In this document: one piece after another, positions 1 to 10,677 of the stretch
Numbering within the stretch: position 1 is the stretch's first letter
Layout: every line of letters starts with the position of its first letter
Origin: Lytechinus pictus
Lineage: Eukaryota
DNA length: 64,000 nt
NCBI RefSeq assembly: GCF_037042905.1
Contig: NC_087263.1
Coordinates: 9,798,001 to 9,862,000, forward strand
Reading direction: 5' to 3'
The notes under the pieces: generated by a model
Databases searched by the model: none
The model's input: the letters and a program-made list of their open reading frames with translations, nothing else
Told to the model about the DNA's origin: nothing
Program-made: the position numbers and the translations under genes

Positions 1-737
1 ATAAAGGGATCTCGAAATATTCCAATCTGAAAAGGTATACTTTTATTTGTTGTTCTTTAAATATATATAGGATGAGGTAAAATAAGCATTCTAATTGCTT
101 GCAAATTATATATTATATATATTGCAAACGAGTATACCATGCAAACGTCAAAACAAGATTTTCTCTCGCTTACATTGTATTTAGAAATATACGGAAACTA
201 TTTTGTAAATACATTCTTGATGTGACGTGCATGAATTTCGTGCAGAATAATATTATTTGAAAATGATAATATAACAGTAATAATAATATATTTGATTTTT
301 AATGCGCCAAATCCACTCGGCAGAGTTTTGTATATTGCCAATAAAAGGATTGCTTATAAAGTTTATTCAAAATCTATCTTTGAATGATCATAAAACCTGA
401 GCGCGTTCTAATCTCAAAATATTTTTTGCTTCCATTTTATTTTTTTCGTCATGCTCAGATGTGTACATACTAAATAGTGCGAATCTTTGATTTTGAAGAA
501 AATTGATACTAGTGTCTTTTTTAGATGATATGAAAGTGTAAACATTCACAAGACCTGCGAAAATTTATTTATACAGGAACTTAGCTGTAAATACATACGA
601 TGGCGCTCTCGTAACAAGAACAGCAAATTATCCGTCTCTCCTGATTTTCACATTGTTTTGAGGTCTAAATTGCAGTTATATGCAGGATTACCAACCAAGG
701 ACAACTACATAACGTTCCTAATCTTATATTGGATAAG

Positions 738-1733
738 ATGTCTTACGACCTAAGAAAATCTCAGAAGGGAAAGCATACAAAAACCACTGGATCTGTACCA
801 ACGAAAAGGCCAAACCCGTTCTCGCACAACATGTACAAAGCTCTACCGGATCAGCTTACCCCCAGCCAGAGACCTGGGGAGCCAAGCCAGGTAAGCAGCC
901 CTGCCAACACATCCGTGATTACACCTGTTAACGGAACTAACACCTCTACGCCTGACCGCACATTCCAAGATCAAGACTTCGAACAATCTAAATTGGATTT
1001 ATTCCTAACAAAGAAATTCGAAGCTATGCTTGAAAGGGCTGTTGATCGGCTTGCTAAGAAGATTGAAGCTGTTGAGTCACTTCTAGGGGATTCCCTGGAG
1101 TTCGAGCGACAAAGGGTCAATGACCTTCAGGTCAAACAAAATCATCTAGAGACCAGGATCAAGAACTTGGAAGAAGAAGTGGCAAAGAACGGAGCCGCTA
1201 CTAACAAATCGGAACGATTCTCCAGGAGAAATAACATTCGTCTGGTTGGGATCGACGAGTATCAGCAACCAACATCTCTTCCCGCCGATAGCGCATCTTC
1301 ATCCGATAGTTCATCAGCTTCTGAACCTCACCAGGAAGATTGTATCACGCTAGCCGAAGACAAACTACGATCTTTCTTTGGTATTACGTCGAAGGTTGAA
1401 CGAGCTCATCGTGACGGTAGGAAAACCAACGGAAGACCTCGTCACATTCTTGTGAAGCTTTTGTCATATCGCGATAAAGTTGATGTAATGAAAAGAGCTC
1501 GCTCCGTTCTGAAAAACCAGAGTTTCTTCATCATCGATGACCTTACCAGCGCTGACCTCCAGGAAAAACGTAAATGGTCCAAACAGGTCCAGGCCCTTTA
1601 CGCCCAAGGAACCAAATTGCGTTTTTATGCAGGAAAATGGCGACTCCGTGGAGGTGACCCTTTCAATTTCGAGTCTTCATCCGACGACACCTCTCGCATC
1701 ACAACCATTGGTCACGCTGGAGTAGTGTTCTAA
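738..1733 (+). CDS. LINE ORF1 protein (coiled coil + L1-type RRM/CTD)
   Basis: Heptad-rich segment LERAVDRLAKKIEAVE...LETRIKNLEEEV, then the L1-ORF1-type motifs RRNNIRLVGI, VERAHR, PRHILVKLLSYRDK and FIIDDLT. First ATG is at 738; the track starts at an upstream TTG. Confidence 0.88.
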   Translation: MSYDLRKSQKGKHTKTTGSVPTKRPNPFSHNMYKALPDQLTPSQRPGEPSQVSSPANTSVITPVNGTNTSTPDRTFQDQDFEQSKLDLFLTKKFEAMLERAVDRLAKKIEAVESLLGDSLEFERQRVNDLQVKQNHLETRIKNLEEEVAKNGAATNKSERFSRRNNIRLVGIDEYQQPTSLPADSASSSDSSSASEPHQEDCITLAEDKLRSFFGITSKVERAHRDGRKTNGRPRHILVKLLSYRDKVDVMKRARSVLKNQSFFIIDDLTSADLQEKRKWSKQVQALYAQGTKLRFYAGKWRLRGGDPFNFESSSDDTSRITTIGHAGVVF

Positions 1734-3852
1734 TTTTCTCAACCCGCTGTATGAACCAAGGTCAGTTTCAATCTCCCTGTGACGGCAACGTTCCTTCTTC
1801 TTTTTTGCAAATATACATAAAGAGATTAACGTTTTCACCTTCGTTTTTTCCTTTTTTTTATCGCTATTCATTTCGATAATGAAATATCATCCTTCTCAAG
1901 TAATTAATTTTAGTCTCCGAATCATCTGAAGACCTGTGGTTTTGATTTTTCGTGGGATGTTTACAACTTGGTCACTGAGATCTCGGACTATTATCATGAT
2001 TATACAATTATTATCAATAACTTCCTCGATCGTTCTTAAGACGGCATGATTGAATTTTATCTTTTCGCATGATTCATGTGTTTTCGCATTCATGATTTTC
2101 CTCCAGGTCAATTAAGCCTCAAGTACTTTTTTTTGCAACAATGATGTCGACTCCTTGAGAGAAAATTTGATGTTCATTTTTATTTTGATTCAACTATAAT
2201 TATGTCGAGAAGAAATAACTCGATGTTCGTTATAATTTTGCTATGACAATATGCATCTCCTCGATCTGGATATCAATGTTATTATTCGTATAAATGGTAA
2301 AAAGGGGAAACTGCTTTTTTATACTTCACTCTCTATAACATCTAAGTGCTGTTAGTGGATATTTCAATTAAAGAAGGCCTACCATGTACTAAATCATTCT
2401 TATCTCGCCTATATACGATCTATTTAATTGGCACCCTTTCACCCATAGGCTCTACTTTTATATTTCCCAACATTGATCCGTTTTTTATGCATCTAGATAC
2501 CTTATTCGTTTGCATGTTGTGTGTTCACCTAGCTTTAGGTTCAAGCCTGAGGCAAACCATAAATTTATAAATCGAAATCATAACTGAATCGCACAAAAAT
2601 CTCGTTCATCAAAAGTAGATTATTAATATGATTCATGTATAAATCACTTACACGGATGTTTGTGTGAGTGTGCTTATAAGTCCTAGTATGCACCAATTCT
2701 AAACAATCTAGCTACACTACTTTAGTCTTATTAAGCAGTTAAGGGTGGATGCAGGATCTTACACACTCTGATTTACCGGCCATCAATCATTTGTATTCAT
2801 TTAATGTAGAATCGTTATCCCACATGATGTTGGCATCTGTTTTTTGTTTGTTCTTTTTGTAATATGTGCAATATAATCACTTATATACACTGGTTTTATT
2901 GTTTTCCTTTCTCGTACGTTCATGATTTTCTTAAAATGAGTCGATTAGAAACCACATGCGCTTTAGCACCGTGTTTACAAAAGACATTGACACGATAGAG
3001 GCATTTACTTTATTGTATCATAATTTCTCACAACTTGAAAAGTCTCCCTACCAAATTTGAAAAATCACAATGTTGAAGCTTACAGGGTATGATTGTCTCT
3101 TTTTCATGTTCATCCAATCAAAGTGTCAACGAGATCCAATATATAAAAAGAGTTTACTTTCTGATTGATATCAATTGCCATCTATTTTGAACAGAATCAC
3201 GCATCTCCTTTTCACGTTGGTCATCAGTATTTGATTTATGTTCTATTGGTACAGTTTTCCCCACTTCGAACATGCTGCTTTGTAATTTCTCTTCCCCGTA
3301 ATAATATATCTGAATTGATCAGTAGCAAATAGCTATTTGCTATATACTACGTTTTATTTTCCTAAAATCATACTCAATTTCAGTAAAATCAAACTCATGG
3401 CTACGCGCCTCTTGTTACTTCTATCAAGACACCTATACTGTTTTATCGCCCAAGGTGTGCTTGACGTTAAGCTTGATGTTCATCCAATTTCAAGTTTTAT
3501 CAGGAACAAAATTTTCAAATTTGTTATATAAGGTTAATACGACTAATTGAAGTACACTTCATTGCTAATTTGCTTACTACTCCTTGATACGGATAACACA
3601 TTTTGCAGATGTCTCATTTTGTATTCATTACGCTCCAGCAAACTTGACAATATAGGCTACATCAGAAATTGAACTTTACTTAATTAAGCGTGCTTGGAGC
3701 GCGAAGCCTTATCATTGGCTTGCTAATGACCTCCTTTTCTCTTTTGTTTGGAAATGACTCATTAAAGGGTTAAATGCAGTGAATTGTTATTTTATTTGTC
3801 AATTCAATATCAGTGACGAAGGGAAACTCCCTGGTATATTTTGGACATATCG

Positions 3853-4147
3853 AATTTACCGCGTAGAGGCTCCCTGCATCGCGCCGGTTCCTTGGGGTGC
3901 AGTTCGGGTCGCGGTGGGGAGCTGTGAGGCTTTTGCCGGGGGTTGGTGGACCGGGACAGCACCGGAATCTCCAATTCTGGGTGGCGACATGTTTGCGTCT
4001 GTTCGTGTGGTGCAAATATTCGAATTTTCTGCTGTCCCGGTCCGCCGGCTTTCGGCGGGAGCCTTGGGGCTCTCCGCTGCGACTCTGGCTGCATTTTCAG
4101 AAGAATCGGTGCGTTAATGAGTTTCGCCAGCGTCCCTGCAGTGAATT
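3853..4147 (+). other. GC-rich structured RNA element (long G.U-rich hairpin with branched apex) in the LINE inter-ORF spacer
   Basis: 3898-3961 pairs with 4030-4093 without gaps (44 WC, 18 G.U, 2 mismatches). Outer stems 3880-3897/4094-4113 and 3866-3872/4119-4125. Apical hairpins 3962-3980 and 3988-4018. Confidence 0.8.
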
Positions 4148-4857
4148 TGAGAACTACCTAGCTCTCGCATCGTAAACACAATCTTTAATCATTGCAATGT
4201 TTTGGGTCTTTTTAATATTTTGCCTCTTGTTTTTTCCCTGAGAACCACTTACCACTGACGTATATTTACGCAATGATTTTTTGTATGTATATTCATATGA
4301 TCGATCTTTCTTATTCTACATATCACACAGGCTTAAATCCAGCTTCCTGCTTTTTTTTTTTTAATTACTATTTTTTTTAAATTACTATTTAGCTCTCTCC
4401 ATTTGATATGACCTCGTGTGTTATTTTTGATAGATTTCATCACGCTTCAGGAGAGACGGACACAGTATGATTATTTTTTTTTCTGTCCTTGCCTTAGTTT
4501 GCTTACTTACGTTCTTGTTGATATTTGTTGCTTGTTTGTTTACATTTGGCCTATTTTAAGTTATTCACTAAGGATCAGTCAAGTTTGCTTTGTTTTCATT
4601 TTTGTCCTGTTTTTCATCACCTTTATTTCCAACCCCCCCCCCCTCCAAACTTTGCACTGCACAAGGTCATTATATATCTTACACTAGTGTTCAATTCCCC
4701 TGCTTTATTTTTGTTCTTTCTTCTTTTACTCCTCTTTTATTGCCTTTTCACTGACACACATTTTTTTCTTCTCCTCTTCTACACATACTCGGGAACAGGC
4801 ACATAGCACAGTGTATTGCTTCCTTTAGGTTTCGTTTAACCACCATCTCCCCTGCTA

Positions 4858-7800
4858 ATGACGGATTTTTCTAGGTTTCCATTTAGCTCTCTAAATAACG
4901 ATGACTTGTTGTCTCTCTCGGCGCAACATGGCGTTACTCGCACACTAGATAATCATGATAACTCCAACTATGATGCACATATACAGAATTTTATGGACAA
5001 TAATACATCCGATCTTAATTACAATTTGGATGCAAATGATCACTTCGGACAGCTCACTACATCACATTATTTCACAGAACAACATTTCAAATCATACATT
5101 ACATCAGATAACACTGGCGAAAGTTTTTTTCTTCTCCATTTCAATATCAGAAGTGCCAGTAAAAACTTTGATAAACTTAGACTATTTCTAGATAAAAACC
5201 GGTTTCCGAAATCTTCATTTATTGGTTTAACCGAAACATGGTTCTCTGATAATCCATGTTCCCTCTTCACACTCCCTGATTTTGATTTGATTGTTAACAA
5301 TAGAACGCTAAGACCTGGGGGTGGTGTAGCTCTTTACATACCGCAACAATACGACCATACTCTTATAGCTAACATGACCATATCTAACGACGTTCTAGAA
5401 ACCTTATTTGTTGAAGTCACAAACCCCAAAGGTAAAAACTTAGTACTTGGTGTTTTTTATAGACCCCCTCAATCTAATATAAATACTTTTTTAGAATCTC
5501 TTAATGAAATTTTATCAAATCCTGTTTTGAAAAATAAAGATTGCTTTTTTATGGGTGACTTTAATATTAACTTAGTACATTGTAATTCAAACAGCACCTC
5601 ACATGAGTTTCTTGAAATGTTTCTTTCATATTCTTTTTTACCGCTTATCACTAAACCGACAAGAGTGACAGATAACTCGGCCACTTTAATTGATAACATT
5701 TTTAGTAATATAACTCAACAAATTCCCAAAGCCGGTATTATCCTTAGTGACATTACTGATCACTTTCCAATTTTTGCTAAATTATCTACAAATAAAATTA
5801 TCATGAAAGAAGCATTCAATACTCCATTTCGAAAGATAACTGATGACAACATAAACAATCTAGTTAATAATTTAAATACAACAGACTGGTCAACTGTTTT
5901 TGAATCCACAGACGTTGATGACGCATATAACTTTTTCATTTCCAAATTAAACTCTTCTCTAGATACTCACGTTCCTTTTACCACTAACAGAAAATCAAAT
6001 TATAAAAAGGTTCCACTCCACCCTTGGATTACTAAATCACTTTTGAGATCAATCAACCGAAAGAACAACCTTTACTATAAATACATAACTAAACAAAGTA
6101 ACGAATCTCGCTTTAAATATACTTCATACAAAAACACACTCACTACTTTATTACGCATTGCAAAAAGAGAATATTATACCTCCCAACTCAATTTGTTCAA
6201 AAACGATATGAGGAACACATGGAAAATCATTAATGGAGCATTAAACAAAAACAAAAAAAGTACTTCTATAACAAAAATAAAAGTAAACAATACAACTACC
6301 GACGACAACATCTCAATAGCACAAGAATTTAATTCATATTTTTCAAACATTGGCAACAATCTGGCAAGCAAAGTCCCTCAAACTCATAAATCTTTCAACA
6401 GTTTTCTTGACAACCCAAATCCAAACTCTATATTTTTTAATCCTACGAACACAAGAGAAATTATTAATATTGTTAATAATCTACAGACCAAGAAGAGCCC
6501 AGGTTTCGATGGTATTCCTAACTTCCTACTTAAGAAAATTATGTTAACTATCGTCGATCCTCTGGTCCACATATTTAATGTTTCTATGAACACAGGGAAG
6601 GTACCTAACCTAATGAAAATAGCCAAAGTCATCCCCCTTTACAAAAAAGGTGATAATCAACTTGTTTCTAATTACCGTCCTATTTCATTGCTCACTTCGT
6701 TATCTAAAATTCTCGAAAAACTTATACATACTCGTACAATTACGTTCTTTAATAAATTCAATACTTTTTCGAACTCGCAATTTGGTTTCCGCGAAAATCA
6801 TAGCACCTCGCATGCAATTTTGACTTTTATTAATAAAATTACTTCTTCCATAGATATAGGTTGTCATACTGTTGGTATTTTCCTGGACTTCTCCAAGGCC
6901 TTCGATACCATTAACCACGATATACTTCTTCATAAACTTTCTTTTTATGGTATCAGGGGGAAGGCCTTGGAGTGGTTCAAGAGCTACCTAACAGACAGGT
7001 CTCAATTTGTGTCAGTCAACAACGTTGTTTCTTCTACTCTTCCTATTACATGTGGAGTACCACAGGGTAGTTTACTTGGTCCTCTTCTTTTTATTACATA
7101 TATTAATGACATTAAAAAAAGTTCAAATTTACTAACATTTGTATTGTTTGCTGACGATTCGAACATTTTCTTTTCTCATGATAACGTAAACCAACTTGTA
7201 AGAATTGTAAACTCAGAACTTATACATGTCACTGACTGGATTAAGGCGAATAAACTATCACTTAACTTACAAAAGACGAATTTTATGCTTTTTAGTAACA
7301 GAATAAATACAATACCTGATAACATAATTTTTGATAATACTGTTCTTGAAAATGTTTCAGAGACAAGATTTTTGGGGGTTACTATTGATAATAAGCTATC
7401 ATGGAAACCACACATCAATAATATATGCAAAACAATTTCAAGAAACATCGGAATTATCAACAAACTCAAATATTTTCTCCCATCTCACACTTTACTTACA
7501 CTGTATCATACATTAATATTACCATACATTAATTATGGCATTTTGGCATGGGGTTGTGCGATCCAAGCACAATTACAAAGAATACTGTTGCTGCAGAAGA
7601 AGGCTCTTAGAATAATTTTTCAAACCCAATTCAGATCACACACAGATATACTATTCTTCCAAAATAATATTCTTAAAGTGAGTGATTTATATCTTTTCCA
7701 ACTCGCCCAATTTATGTATAAACTAAACAAAGATGATATCCCAACAATTTTTTCAAATATGTTCTGTAAAAACTCCTCTATACACGATTACCCAACGAGA

Positions 7801-7995
7801 CAACGTAATTGTTATCACCTACCCCCTACCCGTACTATATTAGCGAAAAACTCTTTTACCTTTTTTGGACCTGTGTATTGGAATTCCCTGCCCAACGACT
7901 TTAAAGAATCTACAAACCTTAATATTTTTAAACGCAAACTTAAAAAGATGCTCATTTGTCAATACTCCACACCAACAAGTCAAGCTAACACATAA
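4858..7995 (+). CDS. LINE ORF2: APE endonuclease + reverse transcriptase (1045 aa, uninterrupted)
   Basis: APE motifs HFNIRS, GLTETW, GGGVALY, FYRPP, MGDFN, LIDNIF, TDHFP. RT motifs YRPISLL, QFGFR, FLDFSKAFD, GVPQGSLLGP, LFADD. C-terminal WNSLP typical of the CR1/L2 group. Confidence 0.96.
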   Translation: MTDFSRFPFSSLNNDDLLSLSAQHGVTRTLDNHDNSNYDAHIQNFMDNNTSDLNYNLDANDHFGQLTTSHYFTEQHFKSYITSDNTGESFFLLHFNIRSASKNFDKLRLFLDKNRFPKSSFIGLTETWFSDNPCSLFTLPDFDLIVNNRTLRPGGGVALYIPQQYDHTLIANMTISNDVLETLFVEVTNPKGKNLVLGVFYRPPQSNINTFLESLNEILSNPVLKNKDCFFMGDFNINLVHCNSNSTSHEFLEMFLSYSFLPLITKPTRVTDNSATLIDNIFSNITQQIPKAGIILSDITDHFPIFAKLSTNKIIMKEAFNTPFRKITDDNINNLVNNLNTTDWSTVFESTDVDDAYNFFISKLNSSLDTHVPFTTNRKSNYKKVPLHPWITKSLLRSINRKNNLYYKYITKQSNESRFKYTSYKNTLTTLLRIAKREYYTSQLNLFKNDMRNTWKIINGALNKNKKSTSITKIKVNNTTTDDNISIAQEFNSYFSNIGNNLASKVPQTHKSFNSFLDNPNPNSIFFNPTNTREIINIVNNLQTKKSPGFDGIPNFLLKKIMLTIVDPLVHIFNVSMNTGKVPNLMKIAKVIPLYKKGDNQLVSNYRPISLLTSLSKILEKLIHTRTITFFNKFNTFSNSQFGFRENHSTSHAILTFINKITSSIDIGCHTVGIFLDFSKAFDTINHDILLHKLSFYGIRGKALEWFKSYLTDRSQFVSVNNVVSSTLPITCGVPQGSLLGPLLFITYINDIKKSSNLLTFVLFADDSNIFFSHDNVNQLVRIVNSELIHVTDWIKANKLSLNLQKTNFMLFSNRINTIPDNIIFDNTVLENVSETRFLGVTIDNKLSWKPHINNICKTISRNIGIINKLKYFLPSHTLLTLYHTLILPYINYGILAWGCAIQAQLQRILLLQKKALRIIFQTQFRSHTDILFFQNNILKVSDLYLFQLAQFMYKLNKDDIPTIFSNMFCKNSSIHDYPTRQRNCYHLPPTRTILAKNSFTFFGPVYWNSLPNDFKESTNLNIFKRKLKKMLICQYSTPTSQANT

Positions 7996-9431
7996 CCTAA
8001 ACTAAAACTACATAATGACTTAACCTTTAACTGCCAATAAATTTGTCAAACTTTACTTATAAAAAAAAACGACACTACAACACGATACAATACATTACGA
8101 CCTGTGCACCTGCCATGTTCCTCCTTTCATTTGCACTTTTTATTTGCACCTCCCTTATCTCCCTCTTTCTTTCCTTTGCCACTTTTCCCTCCCTATTATG
8201 ATTTTGTAAGTACTTTTTTTGTGTGTGTTACCACTGTAATTATTATTATTTGAATTACTTTCTCTTATTTTTGTTGTCGCTTATTCGTTTTATTTTGATA
8301 TTTGTGGATTACTTGTTTTAAGTTTGTCTTCTGTGTCCGTCTCGATTTTTGTATAGAGTTGTATATATAGTTTGTTTATAATTAGTATTGAAACTAAGTT
8401 TAGGGGCTTGCCTTCTCTACAAGCTTTTGCTTTTCTTGGCAAGTCCCTCCGTTCATTTCTTGTTTCTTTTTATTGATAATATTACTGCAACAAATTGTAG
8501 TTTTGTTTAATTTATATTCAACATTTGTTACGAAATTTCATTGATTTGTCTGTATTATCGATTATATTGAATATGTATTGTTACTTTGATTATATTTTGA
8601 AAAAATTGTTGAACGGAAATAAAATCTAAATCTAAATCTAAATCTACATTTTCGAATCAAGATTTCGCTGAAAATTCATTTAATTTCCATCATGTATATC
8701 AAATACATCAAATAGATGTGTAATGCACGGATTGCACTAAAATTAAAATTGTTTGAGAATTGCTTACTATCTTGCTATGTTTACTAAATTGAGAAAAGTA
8801 TCTTTTTCAGTTATTAATAATAAATATAAGTTGCTTGAAAATCTTATTCAATATCATCTTTCAATAATTATTCATCTTAAGCAATCATCAGGTTCCAGTC
8901 TGTATTTGCTCATTTCCATTAATTTTTTTTTCATACGCAGATTTGTACATAGTGTGAAGCTTTCATTCTTTATTTAGAAGACATTTTATTTCCTCATCAT
9001 TTTAGTCGAAAATAAGGTGTGAACATTTGCAAAAGCAGAGAAAAATTACTTAACACCTATCTAGTAGGGTGTGTAAAGTAGATGAATACTTTATCCTTTA
9101 CTAACGGACAACAATCTAGTACTGTTACATACATAACTAGTTATTAACATTAATTAATAATTAGTGATGATTTATTCATTAAACAGTTATGTCTGTGCAG
9201 GGACATGAAAATTTCCCTGGGTGTGTTGTGTAAAAAAAGGACTTAAACTTCCTCGGTAGGGAGTGGTCTGTCACCGTGAGCGGAATGTCATATGGTTTAT
9301 ATATTTACCGATACTTTATATTTTCTGCTATTTTCACATACAGTTTTCCATAATTTTAGTGGAAGCTGTTCTGAAAAGGTGATTTATTACAACTATCTTA
9401 TCAGTCTAACAGAAGCCATGATTGCCTTGCA

Positions 9432-10677
9432 TATGACGAGCTTGGTTCCCAAAGGGGCTAAATTCTCTTTTGACCAAAATTGATTTTTTTTATACAAATA
9501 TATATTTATTTTAGGTTATACTTTGTAATTCCGAAGGTTCTTTATTCCGAAGGTTCGTAATTCCGAAACACGTAAATTGCCTATATATCGATGTCCGTTA
9601 ATCCGAAAACGCAAAAGGGTTTGTTAATCCGAACATTTGTGGCGTTATTCCGAAGGTTCCTTATTCCGAAGGTTCGATAATCCGGAAACGAAATAAGGTT
9701 TGTTGTTCCGAAGGTCCGTTAATCCGAAAACGAAATAAGGTTCGTTGTTCCAAAGGTTCGTTAGTCCGAAAACGAAATAAGGTTAGTTAATCATTTCATT
9801 TTCGGATTAACGAACCTTCGGAACTACGAACCTCACTTCGTTTTCGGACTAACGAACCTTCGGAACAACGAACCTTATTTCGTTTTCGGACTAACGAGCC
9901 TTCAGAATTACGAACCTTTGGAAATACGAACCCTCGGAATAACGAAGCTTCGGAATTACGAATGTATGCGGTATTTTAGACATGGGAATCAAATGCAACA
10001 TATCGCATTTGAATTTTTTTTTAAAGGTTGGTACAAATTGATTGCAAATTTGAGTTTTGTTCCGAAAGGAGCTAAATCCAAAACAGTTTGTTCCAAAGTG
10101 AGCAACATTCAGTATACGCTTTTTCCCTATTTTGCATAAAGTTATGCATTCACTTTTTAGGTACATATTGTGGCTATATGTTCACACCTCTAGTGCAAAT
10201 TGTGATGGAAATTACAGAATTTTACAATTTTTATGAATATTTTTGAACTTAGCTCCTTTTTGGATTAGATATCGAAAATTCACCGTCCTTAGAGAAGATG
10301 ACAAAATATATTTTTTCTTTCTTTTTGTAATTTTCAGTAAATAAACATCAGAAAAGCTGTGAAATGTACTCTGTTATCCATATTTATGTGTTTGATGTTC
10401 AATTTCAATAACAAACATGTTCAAATTAGAAAAAAAATGTAATTTTACTAAGGTTTTGTTCCAAAAGGAGCTAAATCCATGAATAATAATATTTAAAAAA
10501 ATATATTGAAAATGATAATGAATGCTAGATTTAAAAAAACATGATTTAATTAATCTAAGATGATAGTGCCATCAAATAAAAACAGCTGTGGCTAAGGGAA
10601 AGTGATGAATTAAAAACCTTGATTTAAAGAAAAATACCAAAAGTGGATGTAGCCCATTTGGAACAAATTTCTTCATA
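9432..10677. mobile_element. Non-autonomous TIR DNA element (TA-bounded), interrupted by a foldback element; a shorter deleted copy lies at 51550-51729
   Basis: Left end TATGACGAGCTTGGTTCCCAAAGGGGCTAAAT and right end ATGTAGCCCATTTGGAACAAATTTCTTCATA are imperfect inverted repeats. The same termini occur at 51550-51729. Confidence 0.6.
9514..9970. mobile_element. Foldback-like MITE built of ~16-bp TTCCGAAGGTTCGTAA subrepeats
   Basis: Subrepeats switch orientation near 9790. Near-identical copy at 22243-22759. Flanks TTATTTTA/GTATTTTA resemble an 8-bp TSD. Confidence 0.8.

Larger units (their letters stand above)
598..8646 (+). mobile_element. Full-length non-LTR retrotransposon, L2/CR1 group (Crack/Daphne-like), two open ORFs
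   Basis: ORF1 738-1733 and APE-RT ORF2 4858-7995 lie on the same strand. 3' UTR stem GGGGCTTGCC/GGCAAGTCCC at 8403-8447. AATAAA followed by an (AAATCT)n tail ending near 8646. The 5' end is approximate (ACGATGGCG at ~598); only TACAT is shared by both flanks, so no TSD is established. Confidence 0.85.

Noticed and set aside
3762..3773. AGGGTTAA as a piggyBac right end
   Set aside because: No matching TTAACCCT left end was seen in the spacer.
3770..4175. Five overlapping ORFs over the GC-rich island
   Set aside because: Explained by GC richness and A depletion (few stop codons). No recognisable motifs, and the pairing pattern points to RNA structure instead.
3780..4180. Hammerhead or HDV-like ribozyme in the island
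   Set aside because: I could not find a CUGANGA/GAAA core or the HDV nested pseudoknot by eye. A covariance-model search is needed to exclude them.
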